A stretch of 40,108 nt of DNA from Octopus bimaculoides. Lineage: Eukaryota. The position numbers and the translations under genes were made by a program. Where the stretch lies: the NCBI RefSeq assembly GCF_001194135.2, contig NC_068996.1:33314940-33355047 (forward strand), written 5' to 3'. Shown here piece after piece: positions 1 to 11,013 of this stretch (its first letter is position 1; each line of letters opens with the position of its first letter). The notes beneath the pieces are model-generated. The model ran no database searches. It was not told the origin of the DNA and was given only the letters and a program-made list of their open reading frames with translations.

Positions 1-679
1 TACCCAAAAAAACGACATATCTCAGGAATCTGTGGTCTAATTCACACGAAACTTCTATTATTCTTTGTGTATTCACATTTCAATGGTACCTTACTTTCAA
101 AATATTTTTCCCATTATATACTGGTTTGGCTATTTATAAAGGTACCCGTAAAAACGTGTATCTCAGTAACCCATGATTCAATTTACGCAAAACATGTTTT
201 ATTCCATTTGTATTCACATGAGCATCCAGTTCATGACGTCTCCTGCTTTTGTCTCTTTCTCTTTGTTTCCCCAGATTCTCAGCTCTCCAAGTGTCCGATC
301 CCTGATCTCTCCTGTCTCTTTCCCTTCCTTTATCAGTCTCACCGATCCTTCTATTCACACGCCTGTCCCGACCTTGAGTAAATATTTCATAATGGGCCCA
401 TTAATAATTGCTGTGAAATAATTTTTTCCACAGATTCTTTTTGAGTGCATTCAATGTATCTCACCTCCAAACACACTGCAAGTCACTTTCTTCCAGAAAA
501 GAAAGTGGGGAAGCTTGCTTCCCAACCACATAGTTCTGGGTTCAGTTCCACTGCCTGGTACCTTGACAAGTGTCTTCTACTACAGCCTTGAGTTGACCAA
601 AGTCTTGCGAGAGGATTTGGTAGACAGAAACTGAAGGAAGCCTGTCGTGTGTACACACACGCACACACACACACACACA

Positions 680-718
<39 letters not shown>

Positions 719-2543
719 GCAGTCAGTTTGAGGAGATAAATCTCTTATAGAGATGGTTCCATCCAAGTTACACTGCTTCAATGTATTATACTGTGAAGAG
801 ATATCTCTTCATTAAATAATTTTAAATTATTTTATTTATGTCTGTGTAACATATCCGTCTGAATATTTTTTATTATCTTAATTTTTATTAATTTTTATTA
901 TTTTCTTTTATCTATTTTATATTGCTTTCATTTTTATATCTTTATATGTGCACATTACATATTTTTATATTTTTATATATAAGGTCATTGAGAATGAAAT
1001 GTCTGATTTTCTTATGCATCAAGTTTGACAGTTGTTAACTCTTGTGTTTTATCTTGACAATTCTTTAAGCATAATTTCGTTTTGGCTCGAATTCTATGAA
1101 CATACTTCTTGGTAATTTCTATGAGCACATGTTGTCTTCTTAACTGTCAGCTGTGTGAATGGGAAGCAAGCTTCGTAATACACCCACATTTTAAATATAT
1201 CTATAATATATTAAAAATTAACTTCAATCTTGTTTGCTTGCAATGTTACCCACCCAAACTGGTGAATAATGGGAAAATACTAAGAATTAGTATCCCCTGA
1301 AATGTGAATACAAACGGAATAAAACAAGTTTCACATAAACTGGACAACTGGTTCTTGAGATATTAGAGGTTTTGGGGTATAAATACCCCCAAAACGGTGC
1401 ATAATGGAAAAATACTCCAAAAATAACAACCCTGAAAGGGAAGAAACTCTAACTTTTCAATTAGACACATTAATGACTTTAACTTGACAACAAAACAATA
1501 CAAGTTGCTTTTTACAGTAAATGTTTCCATTTTCGCCTTTGTTAAACACAATATTTTAATCATTTAGAAATATTTTTAAGTGAATGTAATTTCACATATT
1601 TATATTTTAGCTTTCTTTAAACAGACAATATTTTAATGTTTTTTTAAAAAATATTTTCAAGTGAATAACAAAACAAAATTTTTTTTAGCATGTTTAAAAA
1701 ATACTTGGAAGTAAAAATGACTTTAAAAATATGGTAAATATTTTGTAAAAGTCCCGTTCGTAACCTCAGTGTGAAATAATCTTTTTCCATGGGTTTTTTC
1801 GATGCATTCATTTATCTCATCCCCAAAGATTTGGTGGCCTGCTACCACATAACTGCTATTTGCGATAAAAGACCAGAAATAGCTGTTACATGGTAGCAGG
1901 GCATGCAAGAAATAACAGCCAAATCTTCCCTTTTCTGGGGAAAGAAGTAGCTTATGCATGATTTTGGTGTCACATTCATTGAAAGCAAGTGAAATAACTT
2001 GGAAAAGAAAAAAAACTCACAAAACAAAACTCCATTGATGGAAAACTCAGAGTTTCCCAGGAAGCTGCTAGATCCCCACAACCCTTCCCCACTTTCCTTT
2101 CTGGAAGAAAGTGGCTTGCGGTGGGTTTGGAGGTGAGATACATTGAATGCACTTGAAAAGAACTTGTCAAAAAAAATTATTTCACAGCAAAGTACGAATG
2201 GGCAAAATATTTACTCAAGATCGGGACAGGCATGTGAATAGAAGGATCGGTGAGACTGATAAAGGAAGGGAAAGAGACAGGAGAGATCAGGGATCGGACA
2301 CTTGGAGAGCTGAAAATCTGGGGAAACAAAGAGAAAGAGACAAAAGCAGGAGACGTCATGAACTGGATGCTCATGTGAATACAAATGGAATAAAACATGT
2401 TTTGCGTAAATTGAATCATGGGTTACTGAGATACACGTCTTTACAGGTACCTTTATAAATAGCCAAACCAGTATATAATGGGAAAAATATTTTGAAAGTA
2501 AGGTACCATTGAAATGTGAATACACAAAGAATAATAGAAGTTT
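1..2543. mobile_element. Putative non-autonomous foldback/long-TIR DNA element; outer ends not visible (window edge and gap)
   Basis: 49-387 is the reverse complement of 2205-2543 (339 bp, 5 mismatches by eye). 408-513 matches the reverse complement of 2084-2190 at about 90%. A degenerate arm motif (ataatgggaaaa...tgaaatgtgaatacaaa) recurs near 1266-1330. No coding capacity seen. Confidence 0.6.
511..718 (+). mobile_element. 5'-truncated SINE (family A) with (CA)n tail
   Basis: aagcttgcttcccaaccaca...gggttcagttcc...gatttggtagacagaaactgaaggaagcc followed by (CA)n; a second copy lies at 4601-4740. Confidence 0.75.
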
Positions 2544-3162
2544 NNNNNNNNNNNNNNNNNNNNNNNNNNNNNNNNNNNNNNNNNNNNNNNNNNNNNNNNN
2601 NNNNNNNNNNNNNNNNNNNNNNNNNNNNNNNNNNNNNNNNNNNNNNNNNNNNNNNNNNNNNNNNNNNNNNNNNNNNNNNNNNNNNNNNNNNNNNNNNNNN
2701 NNNNNNNNNNNNNNNNNNNNNNNNNNNNNNNNNNNNNNNNNNNNNNNNNNNNNNNNNNNNNNNNNNNNNNNNNNNNNNNNNNNNNNNNNNNNNNNNNNNN
2801 NNNNNNNNNNNNNNNNNNNNNNNNNNNNNNNNNNNNNNNNNNNNNNNNNNNNNNNNNNNNNNNNNNNNNNNNNNNNNNNNNNNNNNNNNNNNNNNNNNNN
2901 NNNNNNNNNNNNNNNNNNNNNNNNNNNNNNNNNNNNNNNNNNNNNNNNNNNNNNNNNNNNNNNNNNNNNNNNNNNNNNNNNNNNNNNNNNNNNNNNNNNN
3001 NNNNNNNNNNNNNNNNNNNNNNNNNNNNNNNNNNNNNNNNNNNNNNNNNNNNNNNNNNNNNNNNNNNNNNNNNNNNNNNNNNNNNNNNNNNNNNNNNNNN
3101 NNNNNNNNNNNNNNNNNNNNNNNNNNNNNNNNNNNNNNNNNNNNNNNNNNNNNNNNNNNNNN
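2544..3162. other. Assembly gap (N run)
   Basis: Continuous N. Confidence 1.
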
Positions 3163-3180
3163 ACTAATAACTGAATTATC

Positions 3181-3680
3181 TAGTAATACCTGGAAAAGCA
3201 GGGGTTATTTCCAGTTCCGATTCCCATTACACTGTTTCATGTCCCATCCCATTCCCATTCCCTGTTCTGTTCCCATTCCCAGTCCTATGTCAATATATGA
3301 ATTTTAGAATCAGTTAGACGTAATTAAGTCATCAAATATTTTATTAACCTTTATGGTAATAGTTTATTTCTAAAAATAAGTATTACAAACTATTAATATG
3401 ATTAGTAGGTGAATAAGGAATGTCCCTATATTATTTTAACAAATGAATATGTATCTGAATAAAATAAATGAGTTGACCAGTAATACCAGAAAAGTGGAGG
3501 TTAACTCCAGTTCCTGTTTCATGTCCTATTCTGTTTTCTGTTCAGTTCCCATCTTTATGCCCAACCCATCGTTTATGGTAATAGCTTATTACTAAAAATG
3601 GGTATTACAAACTATAAATTCAATTAGTAAGTGTCCCAATATTATTTTAACAAATATGCATCTGAACAAAATAAATTAGA
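3181..3680. repeat. Diverged two-copy tandem duplication
   Basis: agtaatacc..gaaaag...tttatggtaatag.ttatt.ctaaaaat..gtattacaaacta...tattattttaacaaat...atctgaa.aaaataaat occurs at ~3181-3470 and ~3479-3680. Confidence 0.75.
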
Positions 3681-4008
3681 TAAATAGATAGATTATACAA
3701 ATGCATTGACAAATAGTCTGTGTATTGTAGCTGGCATTATCATGTGTAGTAGCTTATCGTTGCTGATTTGTAAACATGTGCTACAGCCCCCATCCCTAGT
3801 GGGCCCATTATGGATTTTTATTGAAATCCAATTCACTACAATTCAACTGGATATTGGGAACAATAAATAACAAAATTGGATTTAACATGGAAAATTATTT
3901 CAATACACCAAATTTAAAAATTTTGGCATAATTTTAAAGTCTCACAATATGTGACAGCAACAGGGAAGACCCTACAAAATTAGAGAGACAGACAGTTATA
4001 GGACATCT

Positions 4009-4213
4009 CACACACACACACATACACACACATACACACACACACACACACAAATTCACAAAGTACACACAGGTAATCATGAGTTTAAAATAGTAGACGT
4101 ATGTATGTATGTATATGTATATGTATGTGTCTGTGAGTGTTTGTTTTTGAGATGGACAGCTGAAAAGCAACCTACTCCCTTTCTCCTTAAAGCTACATAT
4201 TCCTCACACCTTC

Positions 4214-4244
<31 letters not shown>
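4009..4244. repeat. Cluster of (CA)n, (TA/TG)n and (TG)n microsatellites
   Basis: Direct reading at ~4009-4051, ~4099-4130 and ~4219-4244. Confidence 0.9.
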
Positions 4245-4245
<1 letters not shown>

Positions 4246-4600
4246 TGTATCTATGTATTTACAAAAGTATGCATGCAGCATCATGTGTATATGACAACTT
4301 TATTAATGTTATCACCCCATTCTCACCTCTGTTCTCATCTTCGCTGATATATGTCACTCTCTCTGTTACTACCTTTCTTTTTGTTACTATGTCAGACTTA
4401 TACTTTTTGCAACCCTCTCATTTTATCAGATAATTCACCCAACACCCCTGATGGGGGCACATTATAGAATTCTACTGAAATCCAATTAGCCTATTATTGA
4501 ATAGACATTAGTGTAACATGTATGCAACATTTCGTGAATATTGGTTCAGTGGTTTAGGCACTAAGATGGTAACAGAGACAGAAATTGCCATTTATATATA

Positions 4601-4740
4601 TGCTTCCCAGCCACATGGTTCTGGGTTCAGCCCCACAGCATGGCACCTTTACAAGTGTCTTCTACTATTGCCTTGAGTTGACCAAAGTCTTGTGAGTGGA
4701 TTTGGTAGACGGAAACTGAAAGAAGCCTGTTGTGTGTACA
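4601..4740 (+). mobile_element. 5'-truncated SINE (family A)
   Basis: Aligns with 511-650 (tgcttccc..ccacatggttctgggttcag...ttgaccaaagtcttg...gatttggtagacggaaactgaaagaagcc). Confidence 0.75.
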
Positions 4741-5076
4741 TAGCTGAGTATCTTGTTGCCAGGTAATTTTCATAATAGAATGCTTTGGTGGACTTTCAGA
4801 ATAGCACACCAACATAAGTTGAATTTTCTCCATTTTGATTGGGATTTTGCAAACATTTTTTCACCACACACTTGCAAATGATGGTGGAGAGGGAACAGTT
4901 TTATGAAAAAACTTATGAAAATTCATCCATTTTTAAACTCCCTCTCCAATTCTGTACCAATTTTGGCCAATGTTTCTTTGCACAGCTCACTTAAAACGAT
5001 GGGAGAAGCTTTGAAAGTTAAGAGAAAAAATTTGGGTAATACAAGCACCACTTCCTTAATTTCTAAATCTGGAATT

Positions 5077-5261
5077 TGTTGCTGTTTATAATTTCAAAAT
5101 AATTTTTGAATGAAAAGGTGATTTAAGATAGATTCCTATGACCTGTACACTATGATTGCGCATATGACACTCCTCTCAGACTGTTCTCCGCATGCTCATT
5201 TATACTAACTAGTATAGTTCACTCAGCCAACCATAGGGATGTACAGATTCCCCATACAACA
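5077..5261 (-). repeat. 3' LTR of the gypsy element (185 bp)
   Basis: TGTTG...CAACA terminal inverted pentamers, immediately preceded on the minus strand by the purine tract AAAGGGAGAGG. TATA-like GTATAAAT on the minus strand at ~5198-5205. Confidence 0.85.
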
Positions 5262-5272
5262 CCTCTCCCTTT
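5262..5272 (-). promoter_or_regulatory. Polypurine tract (PPT)
   Basis: Plus-strand cctctcccttt abuts the LTR; this is the canonical position for plus-strand priming. Confidence 0.85.
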
Positions 5273-5380
5273 GAGATTGGCTTTCCTTTTATTTATTTAT
5301 TTATTACTTCCTTGAAGAGAAATTGGCATATATTTTTTTGTTTAGAATCAATCTCTAACATCTCCATCCACTATCTCTTT

Positions 5381-7272
5381 CTAGTTGACTTTGCGCACTG
5401 GTTCAACCCTTTCCTGCAGCATCAGAATATCAAATATGTTATAAAGTATTTCCATAGGCTCTTCTTGCCTTTTCCATCCTTCTGTGTATCTCTTTTTTAT
5501 TTGATTTACATGTCTCTTATGCTCACACATCTGCACTTTTACCATATATATTACTCTACTAAGACATTTGGTTATTTGTCCTTGTTCCCAACTTTGTTTT
5601 CCATATTTGTACATTTAAAAAAATACTGTGTCACCTATATTGAAATAGTTTGTATCATTAACAGTAATCTTCTGTATTTGTTGTTTCCTTCCTGGTAACA
5701 ATTTATCAAATACTGATTGTACATTTCTGGTGCACATTAATTCAGCAGGTGGAATACCTGACTCTGTGCTGGGGTTTGGTGTTATTCTATAGATGTGTAA
5801 AAGTTATGTTGGTGTATTATCCACTAATGATTTGTTTCTAGTTTTCCTCAACGCTCTTTTAAATGTATCTACAAACCTCTCTGCAAGTCCATTTAACCTC
5901 GGATGATATGGTGAGGTAGTGGCATGTTCCATTTGATGTGTCTTAGAAAAATCTTTGAACTCTTTTGCTGTAAATTACGTGCCATTATCTGACACTATAG
6001 TGTCCAGCACACCAAAATGTACAAATATTTCATCCAAAAATTCAATAGTTATCTTCGTTGAGGGTGCCCGTGGAAGAGGTAGACCCAGAAAGACCTGGGA
6101 TGAGGTGGTGAAGCACAACTTTCGAACATTAGGCCTCACCGAAGCAATGACTTGTGACCAAGACCTTTGGAAATATGCTGTGCATGAGAAGACCCAGGCA
6201 AGACAAGTGAGACCATAACCCATGGCCTTTACCAGGGGTGTAGCCAGCCCACTTATGCATACCTTTCCTTCTTTGGTCACAAAACCCTGCTTGCGAAGAC
6301 CTGTTGAGGCAAGTGAAATCAAAATCGAAAATTGAACCAAATTCGTTGACTGGCACCCATGCCAACCTTCCTTCATTGGACACTAAACTCAGCTTGCAAA
6401 GACCTGTTGGGGCAAGTGAGATTGAAACAGAACCAAATTCAATGATTGGCACCCATGCCAGTGGAGCGCTAACAGCACCATCCGAGCGGGATCACTGCCA
6501 GAGCAGCAGTCTTGCTTCCATGCCGGTGGCACGTAAAAAGCACCATTTGAGTGCGATCGTTTTCAGCTTCGCCTTACTGGCACTCGTGCCGATGGCATGT
6601 GAACAAAACATTAGACTGACTCCTGTGCAGGTGGCACATAAAAACACCATTTGAGCGTGGCCGTTGCCAGTGGTTGGTATTAGGAAGGGCATCCAGCTGT
6701 AGAAACTCTGCCAGATCAGATTGGAGTCTGGTGTAGCCATCTGGTTCACCAGTCCCCAGTCAAATCGTTCAACCCATGCTAGCATGGAAAACGGACGTTA
6801 AATGATGATGATGATGATGATGATGTAGTTGGTTTTCTGCAATTAGAAATTCCAGGCCATTTTGTGTAGCTATCTTCCACTACTAGATAATATACACTGT
6901 TTAGTGGTCCTGTAAAATCTATGTGTAGTCTAGACCACGGTATATCTGTCTTTGGCCACAGTTGAATTTTTACTGCGGTTGCCTTAGCTGCCAGGGCACA
7001 TCACCTGCATGCTTTCACCAGTTTCTTGATAGCTTTATCCATACTAGGCCAATAAATATAACTTCTTATGAGGGACTTCATCCTAGCAATTCCAGGATGT
7101 CCTACATGAAATTCTTTAAGCGTTCTATTTTGTAGTACAACAGGTATCACAACCCTCTGAGTGTACATCAACACATTGTCACGCATTGAATAATATTTCA
7201 AACCTGTGTTACACTCAGCGGCATAATTTTTTTGTATTTGCTTCATTCATTATTATTTCTAAATTTTGTTAA
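5381..7272 (-). pseudogene. Gypsy integrase (H2C2 zinc-binding domain, DDE core, C-terminus), split by RTE insertion 6057-6825
   Basis: HVGHPGIARMKSLIRSYIYWPSMD...CR*C; WSRLHIDFTGP; DTIVSDNGT*F; PYHPRLNGLAERFV. In-frame stops present. Confidence 0.92.
6057..6825 (+). mobile_element. RTE-clade LINE, 5'-truncated 3' fragment with (GAT)n tail
   Basis: RGRGRPRKTWDEVVKHNFRTLGLTEAMTCD C-terminus, long 3' UTR and (GAT)n tail; homologous to 12083-12925 (minus) and 38218-39093. Confidence 0.92.
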
Positions 7273-7562
7273 TCTATATATATAAATTGCAGTGTTCTTG
7301 ATTGCTTGCTTGATTGAGTGTCGGCAGATTCACTCGAGAACGGTGCAGTGGAATCACGTGAAATTCAGCACAGAGCGGCAGCATGGTCCACTCATGTTCA
7401 GGAGATTTTTATTGCCTTCCAACTCCCATGGTTACCGAGATAATCGATTATTACTTTTTAAGATAGGAATATCCCATTCAAAGTGGGGAGGGGCGATTTT
7501 GTTGCCTTTCCCATGCGCGAAATTTTACGAAAAACCAGCACAATAAAGATTTTTTTTTTTCC

Positions 7563-7629
7563 AAGGCAGTGAGCTGGCAGAAACGTTAGCACACCGGGCG
7601 AAATGCTTAGCAGTATTTCGTCTGTCTTT
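7563..7629 (+). mobile_element. SINE family B head, cut by the gap
   Basis: aaggcagtgagctggcagaaacgttagcacaccgggcgaaatgcttag is the reverse complement of the 5' ends of the minus-strand family-B copies. Confidence 0.8.
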
Positions 7630-8000
7630 NNNNNNNNNNNNNNNNNNNNNNNNNNNNNNNNNNNNNNNNNNNNNNNNNNNNNNNNNNNNNNNNNNNNNNN
7701 NNNNNNNNNNNNNNNNNNNNNNNNNNNNNNNNNNNNNNNNNNNNNNNNNNNNNNNNNNNNNNNNNNNNNNNNNNNNNNNNNNNNNNNNNNNNNNNNNNNN
7801 NNNNNNNNNNNNNNNNNNNNNNNNNNNNNNNNNNNNNNNNNNNNNNNNNNNNNNNNNNNNNNNNNNNNNNNNNNNNNNNNNNNNNNNNNNNNNNNNNNNN
7901 NNNNNNNNNNNNNNNNNNNNNNNNNNNNNNNNNNNNNNNNNNNNNNNNNNNNNNNNNNNNNNNNNNNNNNNNNNNNNNNNNNNNNNNNNNNNNNNNNNNN
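7630..8000. other. Assembly gap (N run)
   Basis: Continuous N. Confidence 1.
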
Positions 8001-8344
8001 TGAATGCTCATTTAAATGTATTTTGCATGGAGTTGATGTACTTTTTAACAGGAGAGGAGTGCCTGCAGTCTGGTTCTTCTCAAGCTTATGCATTTTCAGG
8101 TTCAATGTGTTTCAAATAAGTACTGACAATTGAAGGTGATTGCAAAGACAAAGAACTACCTGTTTTTTTTAACAATTTTAACAGTGAGAACATTGGACAA
8201 AATATGTTATTGACATTAATAGTTTGTACCTCAGCTAATTACTGTTGAGAACTGCATAATCCATGTGTCATGCTAGAGATCTAAAAGGTATTTTCGAATT
8301 TCATTATTTTCTTTAATCCAGGCAACGCTGGATATTTCTGCTAG

Positions 8345-10716
8345 TAAACACATATTTTTCTGCTTTACTTTTTATCTCTTCCAATGTAACTAGTAGTTCC
8401 CATACTACATTGCAGAGAATATTTTTAAATTCAATTTCTGATTTTAACACTACTATTACTGTTTCTTCTAGTGGTTCCTTATACTTTGGGATCAATCATG
8501 ACAGCCCATCTGCATGTTCTAATTTCTTTGAAGGCAAAAATTCCATTTTGAAATCGTAATTTAATAAGGTAGTCCCTCAGCACTGAAATCGATGTATGTG
8601 TGGGGATACCTTTTTTTTTTATCCATATATTGTTAATAGTGGACAGTGATCTGTCTGCGGGGTAAACTTTCTGCAGAGCAAAAATTTATGAAATTTGTTC
8701 ACTGCAAACAAAATGGCTAGTGCCCACTTTTCTATCTGGCTGTAAATTTTTCTGCCGATAGTAATGCACGTGATGCATGTGCGATCAGTTTTACGTTACC
8801 ATTTTCCAACTTATGTAAGATTAATGCTCTGATTCCAGACTTGCTAGCATCTGATGCTACAATTATTTTTAATTTCAGATCAAAATTTGCTTTGAATGCT
8901 TTATGGCATTCATCAGTCCAACACCATTTCACATATTTTTTCAGCAGTTTGTTTGAAGGTGCTCTTAGCTCATGCATCCTTGGAATATACGTTTGATAAT
9001 TATTTTCAAGATCTAGAAAAGCTTGTAAGATTGTTATATTAGTTGGAGGAGGCATATCTTTAATTGTGTCTGCCCTTGATGGCTCTGGTCGTAATCTGTT
9101 CCTATTGATAATTTGGGATCTTTCTGAATTAACGGGCACCACTTTTCATTTATGTTTTATGTAGTGTTTTTGGTACAGAAACACTTTCAAACTTCGTATA
9201 CTTGTATATTTTGTGTTATAGAACAGATAAAAGTTTTTGTATTCGAAGTTATTTCATGTAAAAAATTGTCGTATTTTGGTAATTTCAACCAATCACTGAC
9301 GTCTATTGAGGTGAAAACAATTACTGCTGTGAATTGTGAACACCACACGTTGTGCGGTGTAATGGGATCTTTTCCCTTGAATAAAATTAGTGCCATTTTT
9401 TGTCAACAACAACTATCAGCAGTACTGTTATTTATAACATCGTTCATGCGTTTGTAATGGTTTTAGCTTTAGGGTTTTAGGGTTAGGGTTCGGGTTTTAG
9501 AGTTAGGGTTAGGGTTTGGGTTATGATTATTTTTGCCATAACCTAACTCATAACCCTAACCCTAACCCTAACTCTAAAACTCGAATCCTAACCCTAAAAC
9601 CCTAAACCCTTACTAGGGAATAACGATATAATTACCAGGGAATAACGATCTTGACACGGGCAAAAATTATTGTTTAAAAAAACAGCAGTAACTGTATTCA
9701 GCTGAATAGACGTCAGTGATTGGTTGAAATTACAGAAATACGACTTTAACATGAAATAACTTGCAATATTGAAATTTTTGTTAAGAAGGCTAAGAGAAAA
9801 AGATGTTTTATATGACACATTCTACCAGTATCCCAAGTTTAAAAGTGTTTCGTTAAGAAAACAAGTGGTGCCCGTCAATTCAGAAAGATCCATAATTTGT
9901 CCTAAATACTTAATTTCAGCTAAGCAAAGTTCACATTTTTCCTCACTCAGTGTGAAACCGTAATCTCTTATTTTTTCAAAAACATACTTTACATACTTGA
10001 CATGCTGATCACAAGATTCACTTTTAATTAATTCCATCCAGTTATGGAATTGTGAATTCACAGTCTGCTAACATTGTATTCATAACCTGTTGAAAATTTG
10101 CAGGTGTGACTTTTATTCCAAAAGGAAGTTGGTTAAACTTGTATAACCCTTTGTGCATGTTTATCATTAACAGCTTGGAGCATTCTTCATCTACCTGTAG
10201 CTAAATAAGCTTTCAGTAAATTCAATTTAGAAAAGAGTTTGCCTCCATTAAGCTTGGAAAAATCTCCACTGGACTTGGTAATGGATAGTTATAAGTTTTC
10301 AGACATTCATTAGATCATGTTGAAAAATTGGCGCAGACCCTTATTTTGTTGTTTTTCTTTTTTATGTACACAGTTGGTGCTGCCCCTTCCAAATAGTCTA
10401 ATTTTTGTATTACACTAATATTCTCAAGTCTTTTCAATTCTTTTTCTATTTGGTTTAGTGCTGCAAGAGGCACAGCTCTCTTTGGTTTAAAAACCGGAAC
10501 AGCATTTTCTTTTAGTTGGAATTTCACTTTTATTTTCATAAATGTACCAAATTCTTCTGAAAAAACATCAGGATATATTCTTTTAAATTTCATTTTTAAC
10601 TTCTCAGATGCTTTGTTTGAACTGATGTGCGATGTATTCACGTTATAACAGAAAATACTTATGGGCAAATCCCACAAATTAATTGTCTCCATCCAATCTG
10701 CACCAAATAGATTCAT
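8345..10716 (-). pseudogene. Gypsy reverse transcriptase and RNase H, split by insertion 9116-9891
   Basis: VPVFKPKRAVP...AAPTVYIKKKNNKIRVCANFS; LPFGIKVTPANFQ; IKYLGQI|INRNRLRPEP; IIVASDASKSGIRA; LLNYDFKMEFLPSKKLEHADGLS. Frameshifts and stops; YxDD motif degenerate. Confidence 0.92.
9116..9891. mobile_element. 776-bp non-autonomous palindromic DNA transposon (Merlin-like by termini) with internal inverted telomeric repeats
   Basis: 8-bp TSD ATAATTTG (9108-9115 and 9892-9899). 29-bp TIR GGATCTTTCTGAATT(A/G)ACGGGCACCACTT with 1 mismatch. Subterminal inverted block of ~95 bp and a central TTAGGG/CCCTAA hairpin. Confidence 0.85.
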
Positions 10717-10782
10717 GGTATTTTCTGATATGTAACCTTCGCTTTGAACATCTTCCCATGAAGTGTTACATCTGGCTTCAAT

Positions 10783-10983
10783 TCACCCAGGGATCGAACT
10801 TGCTGTCCAGAGACTCCACAAGCTATTTGCTTTCTTTTCTTGAATGTAGTTCTTCCAAGTTTCAGTATTTATTATTGAGATATCGATCCCTGTGTCTAGT
10901 TGTAATCTTGTGTGTACATTATTAATTTTTACCGATACAAATTTTCGTTTTTTTGTCTCACTATCTGTTTTTACTGAAAACAC
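10783..10983 (-). pseudogene. Gypsy aspartic protease
   Basis: RKFVSVKINNVHTRLQLDTGIDISII (D-T-G motif) lies between gag and RT. Confidence 0.85.
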
Positions 10984-11013
10984 TATTTATTTTTCTGTTC
11001 AACCTTTTCTTTT

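Larger units (their letters stand above)
7273..8344 (+). mobile_element. Non-autonomous Helitron
   Basis: Starts TCTATATATATAAA. Ends with hairpin atccag-gcaacg-ctggat (8316-8333) then CTAG. Sits between A7272 and T8345 with no TSD, and its removal restores the gypsy frame. Confidence 0.88.

Noticed and set aside
794-811. Perfect 18-bp palindrome TGAAGAGATATCTCTTCA
   Set aside because: It is real but isolated in low-complexity AT-rich DNA; no function or family can be supported.
67-2525. Paired near-identical ORFs (104 aa, ~80 aa, ~75-103 aa) at 67-421 and 2147-2525
   Set aside because: They are translations of the two arms of the inverted repeat, open in several overlapping frames with no recognisable protein motif.
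2509-3307. Long ORFs of 130-260 aa spanning gaps (also 7458-8133, 13703-14285, 19143-19502)
   Set aside because: They are artefacts of translating N runs.
9459-9612. Ancestral telomere-telomere chromosome fusion site or true chromosome end
   Set aside because: The tract lies within TIRs and an 8-bp TSD inside a gypsy RT, so it arrived by transposition.
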